Source of the DNA: Desulfobaccales bacterium
GTDB taxonomy: Bacteria > Desulfobacterota > Desulfobaccia > Desulfobaccales > 0-14-0-80-60-11
Length of the DNA: 43,587 nt
Direction of reading: 5' to 3'
Assembly (NCBI GenBank): GCA_030694005.1
Contig: JAUXZG010000224.1
Location: 1-43,587 of the forward strand
The notes under the pieces were generated by a model, which had not been told where the DNA came from, ran no database searches, and worked only from the letters and a program-made list of their open reading frames with translations. Made by a program: the position numbers and the translations under genes. Position 1 is the first letter of the stretch. The number at the start of each line of letters is the position of its first letter. Shown piece after piece: positions 35,351 through 43,587 of the stretch.

Positions 35351-36280
35351 TCACTGTTTCAGGAAAGTGATAATAAGCCTGTTGGTCTCCCCCGCTTCCT
35401 CTTCCGGGGGGATATGGCCGCACCTCGGGATGATGGCCAGTTCCGAGTCCGGTATGTCCCGCTTGAAATTCCGGCCGACTTTAAGCGGCACCACTTGGTC
35501 CTCCGCCCCCCAGATAATCAGGACGGGTACGCTGACGGTCTTATATCGGTCGGTGACGGCCTCGATATTCTCCGGCACAATCTGTTTCGCCGTCTCCATA
35601 ACCGCCTCCCGGGCCCCCGGCAGATTGCCGTAATAGGCATAGGTATCAATCATCTCGTCGGTAATCTTATCTTTATTATAGTAACATTTCCTCAGCACCA
35701 GGGCGGCCAGAAACCGGGGCGACAGGACCCTTGCTCCTATGGCGTTTACCACGGGTATCCGGGGGAGCCGGATGAACCAGGGCATCTTTTGCGGGTAGCC
35801 GGCGCTGTCAATGAGAACCAGGCGATTGATCCGCCCGGGGTTTTCCTCCCTCACCTTTAAATAGGTCATCAGCGCCACCCCGCCGCCCATGGAATGCCCC
35901 ATCAGCACCAGATCATGCAAATCCTGGGTGCGGATGAACTCCGCCACCATGTCGGCCTGGTCGCTGACCGCGTATTTCCCGTCGTCGGGCTTATCCGACA
36001 GGCCATAGCCTTTGAGATCAATGGTGAAAACCCGGTGCTGGTCCGCCAGCGGCGGCCCGATGAACCGCCAGGTATAGGCACAGGCCCCGAAGCCGTGCAG
36101 GAGGAGGATGGGCCTGCCCTGCCCCGCCTCGTAGTAGTTGATCTTGACCCCGTGATAGTCAAAGGTCTTCTGCTCGCCCCAGTCCTGGCCCAGGTTGCCC
36201 GGGGGCGCCGGAATCCGGTAACAACCCGCAAACATCAGGAGCAATAAACAACCGAGTGCGAGTATCTTAATTGGCCGCAT
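35351..36280 (-). CDS. Alpha/beta hydrolase, probable lipoprotein (309 aa)
   Basis: Lipobox-like LMFAGC, LLHGFG, DLKGYGLS, GHSMGG, WGAEDQVV, CGHIPPEE. Confidence 0.9.
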   Translation of the reverse strand: MRPIKILALGCLLLLMFAGCYRIPAPPGNLGQDWGEQKTFDYHGVKINYYEAGQGRPILLLHGFGACAYTWRFIGPPLADQHRVFTIDLKGYGLSDKPDDGKYAVSDQADMVAEFIRTQDLHDLVLMGHSMGGGVALMTYLKVREENPGRINRLVLIDSAGYPQKMPWFIRLPRIPVVNAIGARVLSPRFLAALVLRKCYYNKDKITDEMIDTYAYYGNLPGAREAVMETAKQIVPENIEAVTDRYKTVSVPVLIIWGAEDQVVPLKVGRNFKRDIPDSELAIIPRCGHIPPEEEAGETNRLIITFLKQ

Positions 36281-36294
36281 TATTTTTCAGAGCC

Positions 36295-36405
36295 TTACTG
36301 CCGGTCCTTCACCAACACCGCGCCCGTGGGCCGGCTGTTGCAGGTGGACCGGGTGCTCACCAACTTGGCGATGAGCAGGAAGTATTCATCGCATAAGGGT
36401 CGCAT
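36295..36405 (-). pseudogene. Truncated 5' copy of dCMP deaminase (36 codons then TAA)
   Basis: [36 protein letters not shown] versus intact MRPSWDEYFMLIAKL...KDRQI. Confidence 0.9.
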
Positions 36406-36430
36406 AAGGTTTCCGTTTGGAGATGGTTAT

Positions 36431-36474
36431 GTGGGGGGAGGGCCAGGGAGCTTGCTCCCTGCCCCCTCCCCCAA
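36431..36474. repeat. Short family A hairpin
   Basis: GTGGGGGGAGGGCCAGGGAG-CTTG-CTCCCTGCCCCCTCCCCCA. Confidence 0.85.
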
Positions 36475-36496
36475 GTTCAATCACATGCTAACAAAA

Positions 36497-37795
36497 TCAA
36501 GTCCGCAAATCAATGACTAGAGGCGAGGTCTCTTTTTCCCTCGAAATGGAGCCTGGTTCCACCAGTTTCACCCTCGGGGTGACGCCGATGCCCTGTTCTA
36601 ATTTGCGGGTGATTTTCAGGAGCAGCTCCCGTTGCACCGTCATTTTGTCGAAGAACAGGTCTTCCCGCACTTCCAGGCGCACCTCTAAATAGTCCAGGTG
36701 GCCTTCCCGGCCGATGACCAGTTGGTACAGGGGTTCGCCCTCCTGGAGGCCGGCCAGAATCTGACCTAAGCGGGCCGGAAAGATGTTGATGCCCTTGACG
36801 ATGACCACTTCGTCGCTGCGGCCTTGAATGCGGCTCAGGCGCACCGAAGTGCGGCCGCAGGGGCAGGGGGCATAATCCAGCCGCACCAGGTCGCCGGTGC
36901 GGAAGCGCACCAGGGGCGCCGCCTCCTTGGTGATGGTGGTGAGCACCAGCTCCCCCAGTTCCCCGGGCGGCAGGGTGGCGCCGCTTTTAGGGTCGATGAC
37001 CTCCGGCAGAAAATGGTCTTCATTGAGGTGCATGCCCTGGCGCTGCTCGCACTCCCCGGCCACCCCGGGACCCATGGCCTCGGACAGGGCGTAGTGGTCG
37101 ATGGCGGTGAGGTAGAGGCGGGACTCGATCTCCCGGCGCTGGGCTTCGGTCCAGGGTTCCCCGGCCAAAAGCGCCACCTTCAGGTGAAGGTCTTTGGCCT
37201 CCACTCCCATTTCCTCCATCTTGTCCGCCAGCACCAAGGAATAGGAAGGGGTGCTGGCCAACACGGTGGTGCGGTAATCCCTCATGATTTGCACCTGCCG
37301 GGCGGTCCCTCCCGGGCCGGTGGGGATCACCGAGGCCCCTAACAGTTCCACCCCGTAGTGCAGGCCAAAAGCGCTGGTGAGCAGGCCGTAGCTCAAAGTC
37401 ACCTGGACCACGTCGTCCCGGTCCACCCCGGCGGCGGTGAGGATGCGGGCGGCCAGCTTGGCCCAAGTGCGCAGGTCCCGGGCCGTGTAGCCCATGACGA
37501 TGGGCGCGCCCGGACTGCCCGTGGAGGAATGGATACGCACCACTTCCCTTAAAGGCACCGCAAACATCTCGTAAGGATAGCTCTGGGCCAGGTGATGCCG
37601 GGTGGTGAAGGGCAGGCGGGCCAGGTCCTCCAGGGACTGGCAATCCTCGGGCAAAAAGCCGAGGCCGTCAAACTTCTTCTTGTAAAATTTGACATTCTTA
37701 TAGGCCCGATGCAGGGTGGCCTGGAGACGCTCCAACTGCAACTGGAGCAAATACTTGCGCTCCATCTGCTCATAATCCTTATCAAAGATCGCCAT
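36497..37795 (-). CDS. paaK: Phenylacetate-CoA ligase family protein (432 aa)
   Basis: LQLERLQATL, VVRIHSSTG, YALSEAMGPGVAGEC, PLVRFRTGD, GRSDEVVIVKGINIFP; SD AGGAGG. Confidence 0.88.
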   Translation of the reverse strand: MAIFDKDYEQMERKYLLQLQLERLQATLHRAYKNVKFYKKKFDGLGFLPEDCQSLEDLARLPFTTRHHLAQSYPYEMFAVPLREVVRIHSSTGSPGAPIVMGYTARDLRTWAKLAARILTAAGVDRDDVVQVTLSYGLLTSAFGLHYGVELLGASVIPTGPGGTARQVQIMRDYRTTVLASTPSYSLVLADKMEEMGVEAKDLHLKVALLAGEPWTEAQRREIESRLYLTAIDHYALSEAMGPGVAGECEQRQGMHLNEDHFLPEVIDPKSGATLPPGELGELVLTTITKEAAPLVRFRTGDLVRLDYAPCPCGRTSVRLSRIQGRSDEVVIVKGINIFPARLGQILAGLQEGEPLYQLVIGREGHLDYLEVRLEVREDLFFDKMTVQRELLLKITRKLEQGIGVTPRVKLVEPGSISREKETSPLVIDLRT

Positions 37796-37810
37796 TTTTT
37801 CCTCCTGGAG

Positions 37811-37884
37811 TGGGTTGAGGGGAGGGCTGGGGGAGGGGGGCTGGGGGAGGGGGTAAGGGCCGCTGGCCCTTAGCCCCCTCCCCC
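37811..37884. repeat. Family A repeat overlapping the livG stop
   Basis: GGGGGTAAGGGCCGCTGGCCCTTAGCCCCCTCCCCCA. Confidence 0.8.
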
Positions 37885-38661
37885 AGATCCGTCTTCTTCA
37901 TCATCCTCCCGGCCCAGGTAGGCCTCGATGACCCGGGGGTCCCGGCGGATTTCCGCAGGGGGCCCCTGGGCGATTACCTGGCCGTGGTCCAGGACCACCA
38001 CCCGGTGGCTGATGCCCATGATCAGGGTCATGTCGTGTTCGATGACCAAGAGGGTTATCCCCAGGTCCCGCAGCTTTCCCAGAAGGGCCATGAGGTCTTC
38101 GGTCTCCCGGGGGTTGAGGCCCGCGGCGGGTTCGTCCATGAGCAGCAATCTGGGCTCCTGGGCCAAGGCCCGGGCGATTTCCAGGCGACGCTGTTCGCCG
38201 TAAGCCAGGGCCTCGGCCGGGGCGTCCTCCTTGTCCCCTAGCCCCACCAGGTGGAGCAATTCCTTGGCCTGCTCTTTAGCCTGGGTTTCGGCCCGGCGCA
38301 CCCGGCTTAGAGGCAACAGCGCGGCCATGGTGCCTACCTCTTCGCGCAGGTGATGGCCGGTGAGGACATTTTCCCCCACGGTCATGCCCCCGAAAAGCTG
38401 GATATTCTGAAAGGTGCGGGCCAGGCCCAGGGCGGCCCGGCGATACGGCGGCAGGCCCACCAGATCTTCCCCGGCCAACCGGACCTGGCCGGCGGTGGGG
38501 GGCAAAAGGCCGTTGATGACATTGAAACAGGTGGTTTTACCCGCGCCGTTGGGGCCGATGAGCCCCACAATATCGCCGGCGGCCACGGTGAAAGAGACCC
38601 CCTCCAGGGCCTTGACCCCGCCGAAATATTTGGTCAGATCATTAACCGCCAGTAAACTCAT
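37870..38661 (-). CDS. livG: Branched-chain-amino-acid-type ABC ATPase LivG
   Basis: GPNGAGKTT, ARTFQN, LAYGEQRRLEIARAL, DEPAAG, EHDM, VIEAYLG; ATGA overlap with livF. Confidence 0.92.
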   Translation of the reverse strand: MSLLAVNDLTKYFGGVKALEGVSFTVAAGDIVGLIGPNGAGKTTCFNVINGLLPPTAGQVRLAGEDLVGLPPYRRAALGLARTFQNIQLFGGMTVGENVLTGHHLREEVGTMAALLPLSRVRRAETQAKEQAKELLHLVGLGDKEDAPAEALAYGEQRRLEIARALAQEPRLLLMDEPAAGLNPRETEDLMALLGKLRDLGITLLVIEHDMTLIMGISHRVVVLDHGQVIAQGPPAEIRRDPRVIEAYLGREDDEEDGSGGGG

Positions 38662-39383
38662 TCCCACACTTCCCGATAACCCTTGCCCAGATAGGCCCGC
38701 TGCACTTCCGGGTCTTCTTTGAGTTCCGCCGCGGTGCCGTCCAGGATGATGCGCCCGGTCTCCAGCACATAGCCCCGATCCGCCACCTTCAGGGCGGCCC
38801 GGGCATTTTGTTCCACGAGCAAGATGGTAGTGCCGGCCTCTTTCAGCTCTTTCAGGATCTCATAAACCTGGGTTACCATCCGGGGCGCCAGCCCCATGGA
38901 GGGTTCATCCAACATCAACAGCCGGGGGCGGGCCATCAAGGCCCGGCCGATGGCCAGGATCTGCTGCTCGCCGCCGCTCAAGGTGCCGGCAGGCTGGCGA
39001 CTCCGCTCTTTCAAGATAGGAAACCGCTCTTGCAACTCCCCCAAATCCCGGCGCGCCTGCTTCTGATCCTGCCGGTGAAAGGCGCCCAATTCCAGGTTGG
39101 CGGAGACGCTCAAGGTGCGAAAAACCCGGCGGCCTTCCGGCACCAGGGCCAACCCCAGGGCGACAATGCGCTCCGGACTCAAGCGGTTCAGTTCCTGGCC
39201 GGCAAATTCAATGAGCCCCTTGCGGGGCGGCAGTAAGCCGCAGATGGCCTGCAAAGTGGTGGTCTTGCCGGCGCCGTTGCCGCCGATCAAAGTCACCACC
39301 TCCCCGGGACGCACATGGAGAGAAATGCCTTTGAGCACCGGCAACCGACCATACCCGGCCTGGACACTTTTTAGAGTGAGCAT
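38658..39383 (-). CDS. livF: ABC ATPase LivF
   Basis: GGNGAGKTT, VPEGRRVF, LSGGEQQ, DEPSMGLAP, VEQNA; start trimmed to ATG 39383. Confidence 0.92.
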   Translation of the reverse strand: MLTLKSVQAGYGRLPVLKGISLHVRPGEVVTLIGGNGAGKTTTLQAICGLLPPRKGLIEFAGQELNRLSPERIVALGLALVPEGRRVFRTLSVSANLELGAFHRQDQKQARRDLGELQERFPILKERSRQPAGTLSGGEQQILAIGRALMARPRLLMLDEPSMGLAPRMVTQVYEILKELKEAGTTILLVEQNARAALKVADRGYVLETGRIILDGTAAELKEDPEVQRAYLGKGYREVWE

Positions 39384-39404
39384 AAGTTTGTTGATTGATG
39401 TTGT

Positions 39405-39461
39405 TTTTGAGGGGAGGGGGTAAGGGCCACTTACGAAAAAGCCCTTAGCCCCCTCCCCCAA
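39405..39461. repeat. Family A hairpin between livM and livF
   Basis: GGGGAGGGGGTAAGGGC-CACTTACGAAAAA-GCCCTTAGCCCCCTCCCC. Confidence 0.8.
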
Positions 39462-39467
39462 TGACCC

Positions 39468-40337
39468 TCACCCCCGAGTCAAGAATTTCAGGCTCAATTT
39501 ACCCCGGCCCAGGAGGCCCTCCGGTCGCCAGATGAGCAAGGCCACCAGTAGGGCCCCGTAGATAAGGTCCTGGTAGGCCTGGAACTGTCGGAGCATCTCC
39601 GGCAGCACGGCCAGGGCTATGGCCCCCAGGACGGAGCCGATGATGGACCCCATGCCTCCCAGGACCACCATGCACAGGATCAGGATGGAGGTATGGAGGC
39701 CGAAGGATTCCGGGTTGATAAAGGTAATGTAATGGGCGTAAAGGGACCCGGCCAGGCCCGCCAGGGCCGCAGCCAGGGAAAAAATGACTATCTTGTAAGC
39801 CGGGGTGTTGATGCCCATAACCTGGGCGGTGGTTTCATGGTCCCGAATGGCCCGCAAGGCCCGACCGTGGTAAGACCTGACCAAGAGATAAGTGAATCCC
39901 AAGACCAAAAAGACCGCCAGGATCACCAACAAAAGATATAAGGGTTGCGGCCTAAAGCTCAGCCCCAAAAGACGGGGGGACGGGATGCCCACCAGGCCGT
40001 CCGGGCCTCCGGTGACCTCCAGATTGAGGAACACCAGGTCCACGATGACCCCGAACCCGAGCGTGACAATGGCCAGATAATCCTCTTTCAGCCTCAAGGT
40101 GGGCAATCCCAGGGCCAGGCCGCAGCCCCCGGTTACCAGCATGGCGCCCAGGGCCGCCAGGGGAAAGGGGAAGTGCCAGTGCAAGGCGGCCAGCGCCGAG
40201 GCATAGGCGCCGATGCCGTAAAACGCGGCATGCCCCAGGGAAACCTGGCCCGCATAGCCGATGATGAGATTCAGGCTGACGGCCAGGATGATGTAAATGC
40301 CGGCTAAGATGGCCAGGTGCAACAGATAGGCGGCCAT
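39468..40337 (-). CDS. livM: ABC permease LivM
   Basis: GQVSLGHAAFYGIGAY, YLAIVTLGFG, TGGPDG, VVLGGMG, PEGLLG. Confidence 0.92.
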   Translation of the reverse strand: MAAYLLHLAILAGIYIILAVSLNLIIGYAGQVSLGHAAFYGIGAYASALAALHWHFPFPLAALGAMLVTGGCGLALGLPTLRLKEDYLAIVTLGFGVIVDLVFLNLEVTGGPDGLVGIPSPRLLGLSFRPQPLYLLLVILAVFLVLGFTYLLVRSYHGRALRAIRDHETTAQVMGINTPAYKIVIFSLAAALAGLAGSLYAHYITFINPESFGLHTSILILCMVVLGGMGSIIGSVLGAIALAVLPEMLRQFQAYQDLIYGALLVALLIWRPEGLLGRGKLSLKFLTRG

Positions 40338-40339
40338 CT

Positions 40340-41203
40340 TTAGTCCCCCCGTCCCTTTAAAATCCCCTGGGGCCTTAAGAGGAGCACCCCGATGAGGATG
40401 GCGAAGGCGATGGCGTCCTTGTACCCCGAGGACACGTAGGCCGCACCCAGGCTCTCGGCCACCCCCAATAGCAGACCGCCCAGGATAGCCCCGGGGATGT
40501 TTCCCACGCCGCCTAGAATGGCGGCGCTGAAGGCCTTGAGACCGGGCAGAAGGCCCATGCGGGGATAAGTGGCGTTGTAATAAATGGCCATCATGACTCC
40601 CGCGGCGCCGCTCAAGGCAGAGCCGATGAAAAAAGTCAAGGCCACCATGCGGTCCACATTGATGCCCATGAGCCGGGCGGTATCCCGGTCCAGGGCACAG
40701 GCCACAATGGCCTTGCCGTACCTGGTGTAACGCACAAAGACCATTAACAAGCCCATTAACCCCAAGGCCGCGGCCAGAATGGCCCCCTGGAGGGTGGACA
40801 GGGGGAGCCCGGCCACCGTGATGGTGCTGAAGGTGAACTGAATGGGGAAGGGGCGGTCATTGGGACCGAACAGCAGCAGGGCCAGGCTCTGCAGAAAAAT
40901 GGAGGCGCCGATGGCGCTGATCAGGGGCACCAAGGGGTGGGCGCCCCTTAGGGGCCGGAAGGCCACCCTCTCCAGCGCTACCCCCAACAGGGCCGCGGCG
41001 ACCATCCCGGCGGCAAAGGCCAAATAAAAATTGACTTTGCCCGTGGCCAGCAGCAGCACCGCCACAAAGGCGCCGCACATGTAGATTTCCCCCTGGGCGA
41101 AATTGATCAGGCCCAGAATCCCATAGATCATGGTATAGCCCAGGGCAATCAAGGCATAGACGCTGCCGGTGGTGAGGCCGTTGAGCAATTGCTGGAGGAA
41201 CAT
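40340..41203 (-). CDS. livH: ABC permease LivH
   Basis: QQLLNGL..GSVYALIALGYTMIYG..INFAQGE, GLKAFSAAILGGVG, RPQGI. Confidence 0.93.
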   Translation of the reverse strand: MFLQQLLNGLTTGSVYALIALGYTMIYGILGLINFAQGEIYMCGAFVAVLLLATGKVNFYLAFAAGMVAAALLGVALERVAFRPLRGAHPLVPLISAIGASIFLQSLALLLFGPNDRPFPIQFTFSTITVAGLPLSTLQGAILAAALGLMGLLMVFVRYTRYGKAIVACALDRDTARLMGINVDRMVALTFFIGSALSGAAGVMMAIYYNATYPRMGLLPGLKAFSAAILGGVGNIPGAILGGLLLGVAESLGAAYVSSGYKDAIAFAILIGVLLLRPQGILKGRGD

Positions 41204-41222
41204 CAGACCCGCTAAGGCTAAG

Positions 41223-41368
41223 TTAAGGGCACTGAAAAAACCCTATTTTTAGGTAATTGCTCTGAGTGGCGGCCAGAGACGGCCGCCCCACCGCCTTGGT
41301 TTTTCTGGTGGGGCGGGCCTCCGTGCCCGCCAACAATATTTTTTCAGGTCATTTTTCAGAGGTCTTAA
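41223..41368. mobile_element. MITE-like element carrying two REP hairpins
   Basis: TTAA on both sides; imperfect terminal IRs GGGCACTGAAAAAA / GACCTCTGAAAAAT; internal oppositely oriented GTGG-REPs at 41266-41292 and 41307-41332. Confidence 0.55.
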
Positions 41369-41610
41369 GTTATCTTCTTGGAGAAAGTGGGGGATAAGGG
41401 GGCCGGCCCCAAGTCATATCCCCTTGCTTCCCTGACCCTCTTCTCCACCCCTTTTCTCAGGAAAGGTCGCCCATCACCATATCATCTTTAAGTATGAAGA
41501 GACAAGGCCGTTGTGCCCTCAAGCCAAGGAGAAGGCAGCAAGGCTGGCGGGGTTACCGCCGCCTAACGTCGGCGGTCCCGGCCTTGAGGGCCATGAAGGG
41601 TAAGCTCAAT

Positions 41611-41640
41611 AAAAAAGGCGGCCCGCAGGCCGCCTTTTTT
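41611..41640. terminator. Bidirectional rho-independent terminator after the beta-barrel gene
   Basis: AAAAAAGGCGGCC-CGCA-GGCCGCCTTTTTT. Confidence 0.9.
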
Positions 41641-41658
41641 GTTTAACCCCGGTAGGGT

Positions 41659-42483
41659 TTAGAAGTGATACGCCACGCCAAACTGACCGCTGAACAGGTG
41701 ATAGGTGGGATCAAATTTGAAGCTTTTCCCGCCATATGGGAGAATATTCTCCGGCATAGTAAAATCAAAGCTCGGTTCGGCATAGCGGTATTTGAAAGAG
41801 ATGCCCACAGAGACATTCTTGAGGGCCATGTAACGAACGCCGGCCTCCGCCGCCAGGCAGATAACCGTGGTATTGGACGCGCCGCCCTGTTTCAGGGTAT
41901 AGTTGTTTACAGCCGGGTCTATCGCATAGATGGAGAACTTAGGCTCCTGTTGGGTCCAGAGCACTGCCGGGCCCACCGCCACATAGGGCTGCAAACGCCC
42001 AAAAGGCACCTCGGAGTCCGGTAAGAACCCATAACGTCCGGCGAACATGAAGGCCAGGGTTATGGCGTTGCCTTCGCTAAAGAATTGGTTACGATAGGTG
42101 GCACCGAGACCCGGGATAGTGGTAGTGCTGGAGCCCCGGGCGCGGCGGAAGTCCACCTTGTTGTAGCTGATATCCAGGTAAAAGCCCAGATACTTCATCC
42201 AGTCGGGGTAGTCATAGCCCAGGAAGCCCTCTTTGACGAACCAGGTGCCCAGTTTCGCACCACCGTGGACTGACGTGTCAATAGCTCCGCTCAGACTGTT
42301 ATTAACAACACCGCCCATACCTCCAGGGTTAGTAAACGAATTACTTTCCTTAGAGTCCGCCGCCCAACTGCCGCCTATATAGGCCTCCACATACATTTCC
42401 GCTTTGGCTACCCCGGGCAGTGCCACCAGGGCCGCCACCAGGACCACCAACCCCAAAATCCCACAAACTTTCTTGGTGTTCAT
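41659..42483 (-). CDS. Outer-membrane beta-barrel protein (274 aa)
   Basis: Signal peptide ending AKA, amphipathic aromatic strands, QPYVAVGP, C-terminal GVAYHF; SD GGGGG before ATG 42483. Confidence 0.85.
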   Translation of the reverse strand: MNTKKVCGILGLVVLVAALVALPGVAKAEMYVEAYIGGSWAADSKESNSFTNPGGMGGVVNNSLSGAIDTSVHGGAKLGTWFVKEGFLGYDYPDWMKYLGFYLDISYNKVDFRRARGSSTTTIPGLGATYRNQFFSEGNAITLAFMFAGRYGFLPDSEVPFGRLQPYVAVGPAVLWTQQEPKFSIYAIDPAVNNYTLKQGGASNTTVICLAAEAGVRYMALKNVSVGISFKYRYAEPSFDFTMPENILPYGGKSFKFDPTYHLFSGQFGVAYHF

Positions 42484-42606
42484 TAGGTTATCCCCCCTTA
42501 ATCTTGAAAAAAATTTTGGTTCCGTTACCCAGTTAACCTTTACCCCCTTTCCTCCTTTCCCGAAGTGTTGGAATACCGAAAACCCTTCCAGATTACGGTT
42601 TGCCAT

Positions 42607-42636
42607 ATTTTAAGACTTCGTTAAATTTTTTGTCAA
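42607..42636 (-). promoter_or_regulatory. sigma70 promoter P1 of the beta-barrel gene
   Basis: TTGACA-18 nt-TAAAAT. Confidence 0.65.
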
Positions 42637-42708
42637 GTTAAATATTAAAAATCTATATGTTTATATGTTTATTTCTCAGCTCATATTACTCCAGTTGGCT
42701 GCAGCGCT

Positions 42709-42738
42709 ATTTTATGGCGGTAAAATATTTTTTGTCAA
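42709..42738 (-). promoter_or_regulatory. sigma70 promoter P2 of the beta-barrel gene
   Basis: TTGACA-18 nt-TAAAAT, 102 bp upstream of P1. Confidence 0.65.
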
Positions 42739-42767
42739 GAATAAAATCAGGATGGGGAAAAAAAGGC

Positions 42768-43586
42768 TTAATAGGCCAGGCTGATCCAGGTGGCCAACCC
42801 CAGGACCACACTGAGCAGACCGTTGAGAGTAAAAAAGGCCGGGGGGAGGTGCTTGGGGTCCCGCAGAGCCAGGATCAGGTTCTGGCCCACCAGAATCAGG
42901 ACGCTAAAGATCACGGCGCCGGCGTAAAGCAGTCCCAGTCCGGCCAGCCAACCGGTGAGGACAAAGCCCACTGCGCTGATCAGATGGCACAGGGCCGCGC
43001 CCCAACGGGCCCACCTCGGTCCCACCCTGGCCGGTAGAGAAAAAAGACCCACCCGCCGATCAAACTCCTCATCCTGCAGGGCATAAAGAATATCAAAACC
43101 AGCCACCCAAAATAGCACTGCCATTGAGAGCACCAGGACCGGAAGCCCCAGATCGCCCCGGACCGCCAGCCAGCCCCCGGCCGGCGCCAGCCCCAGACTC
43201 ATACCCAGAATCAGATGCGAGGCCCAGGTGAAGCGTTTGGTCAGGGAATAACTCAGGATTACCCCCAGGACCACCGGTGAGAGGACGAAACAAACCCGGT
43301 TGAGCTGGGCCGCGGCCCCCATAAAAATTAAGGAATTCACCACAATAAAAACTAGCGTAGCCCGTCGGCTTAGCCGACCGGCGGGCAAAGACCGGGCGGC
43401 AGTACGGGGATTCAGTCCGTCAAAGGGCGCATCCACCAGGCGATTGAAGGCCATGGCAGCCGCGCGGGCACTTACCATGGCCACCAGGATGTAAACCGCG
43501 GTTCGAAAAGTAGGCAAACCCCGCGCCGCCAGCATGGCTCCCATGAAAGCAAAGGGCAGGGCCAAAACGCTGTGGCCTACCTTGAT
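42768..43586 (-). CDS. mqnP: UbiA-family polyprenyltransferase (MqnP-like), 5' end beyond the window edge
   Basis: IK..HSVLALPFA, ARAAAMAFNRLVD..FD..NPRT..R.LP.G, YSLTKRFT, WVAGFDILYALQD. Confidence 0.8.
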   Translation of the reverse strand: MKVGHSVLALPFAFMGAMLAARGLPTFRTAVYILVAMVSARAAAMAFNRLVDAPFDGLNPRTAARSLPAGRLSRRATLVFIVVNSLIFMGAAAQLNRVCFVLSPVVLGVILSYSLTKRFTWASHLILGMSLGLAPAGGWLAVRGDLGLPVLVLSMAVLFWVAGFDILYALQDEEFDRRVGLFSLPARVGPRWARWGAALCHLISAVGFVLTGWLAGLGLLYAGAVIFSVLILVGQNLILALRDPKHLPPAFFTLNGLLSVVLGLATWISLAY

Positions 43587-43587
43587 C

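Larger units (their letters stand above)
34262..36406. mobile_element. 2-kb inserted cassette bounded by 109-bp direct repeats of the dCMP deaminase 5' end
   Basis: 34262-34370 and 36298-36406 match at 103/109 nt; interior has an AT-rich orphan, a Y1 transposase and a hydrolase. Confidence 0.75.

Overview
GC-rich chromosomal window, probably from an anaerobic Desulfobacterota/Deltaproteobacterium (inferred from gene content). It reads in five parts. (1) Envelope genes hldE, ugd and lptD, then tRNA-Arg(CCT). (2) A ~16.5 kb block: a PAS-sigma54 activator, a sigma54-driven operon of NuoE/NuoF/short-NuoG-like (HydCBA/BamGHI-like) subunits plus a degenerate HdrA-ferredoxin-MvhD-wHTH fusion with no catalytic hydrogenase/FDH/AOR subunit, a convergent tandem malic enzyme whose N-terminal copy has lost metal ligands, and amino-sugar genes. 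(3) A BirA-controlled bioBDFHC operon, a multi-sensor diguanylate cyclase and ftsK. (4) A dCMP deaminase whose first 109 bp are duplicated around a 2 kb cassette (alpha/beta hydrolase, RAYT-like Y1 transposase between inverted REPs, AT-rich orphan). (5) paaK, livHMFG, an outer-membrane beta-barrel and a partial MqnP/UbiA gene. Intergenic gaps outside the tRNA-adjacent block hold several families of palindromic repeats. No CRISPR array, rRNA or integrase was seen. The best candidate for an undescribed system is the sigma54-linked tandem malic enzyme plus HydBC/HdrA-MvhD redox module (5972-16674). All family calls come from reading motifs by eye; no searches were run.
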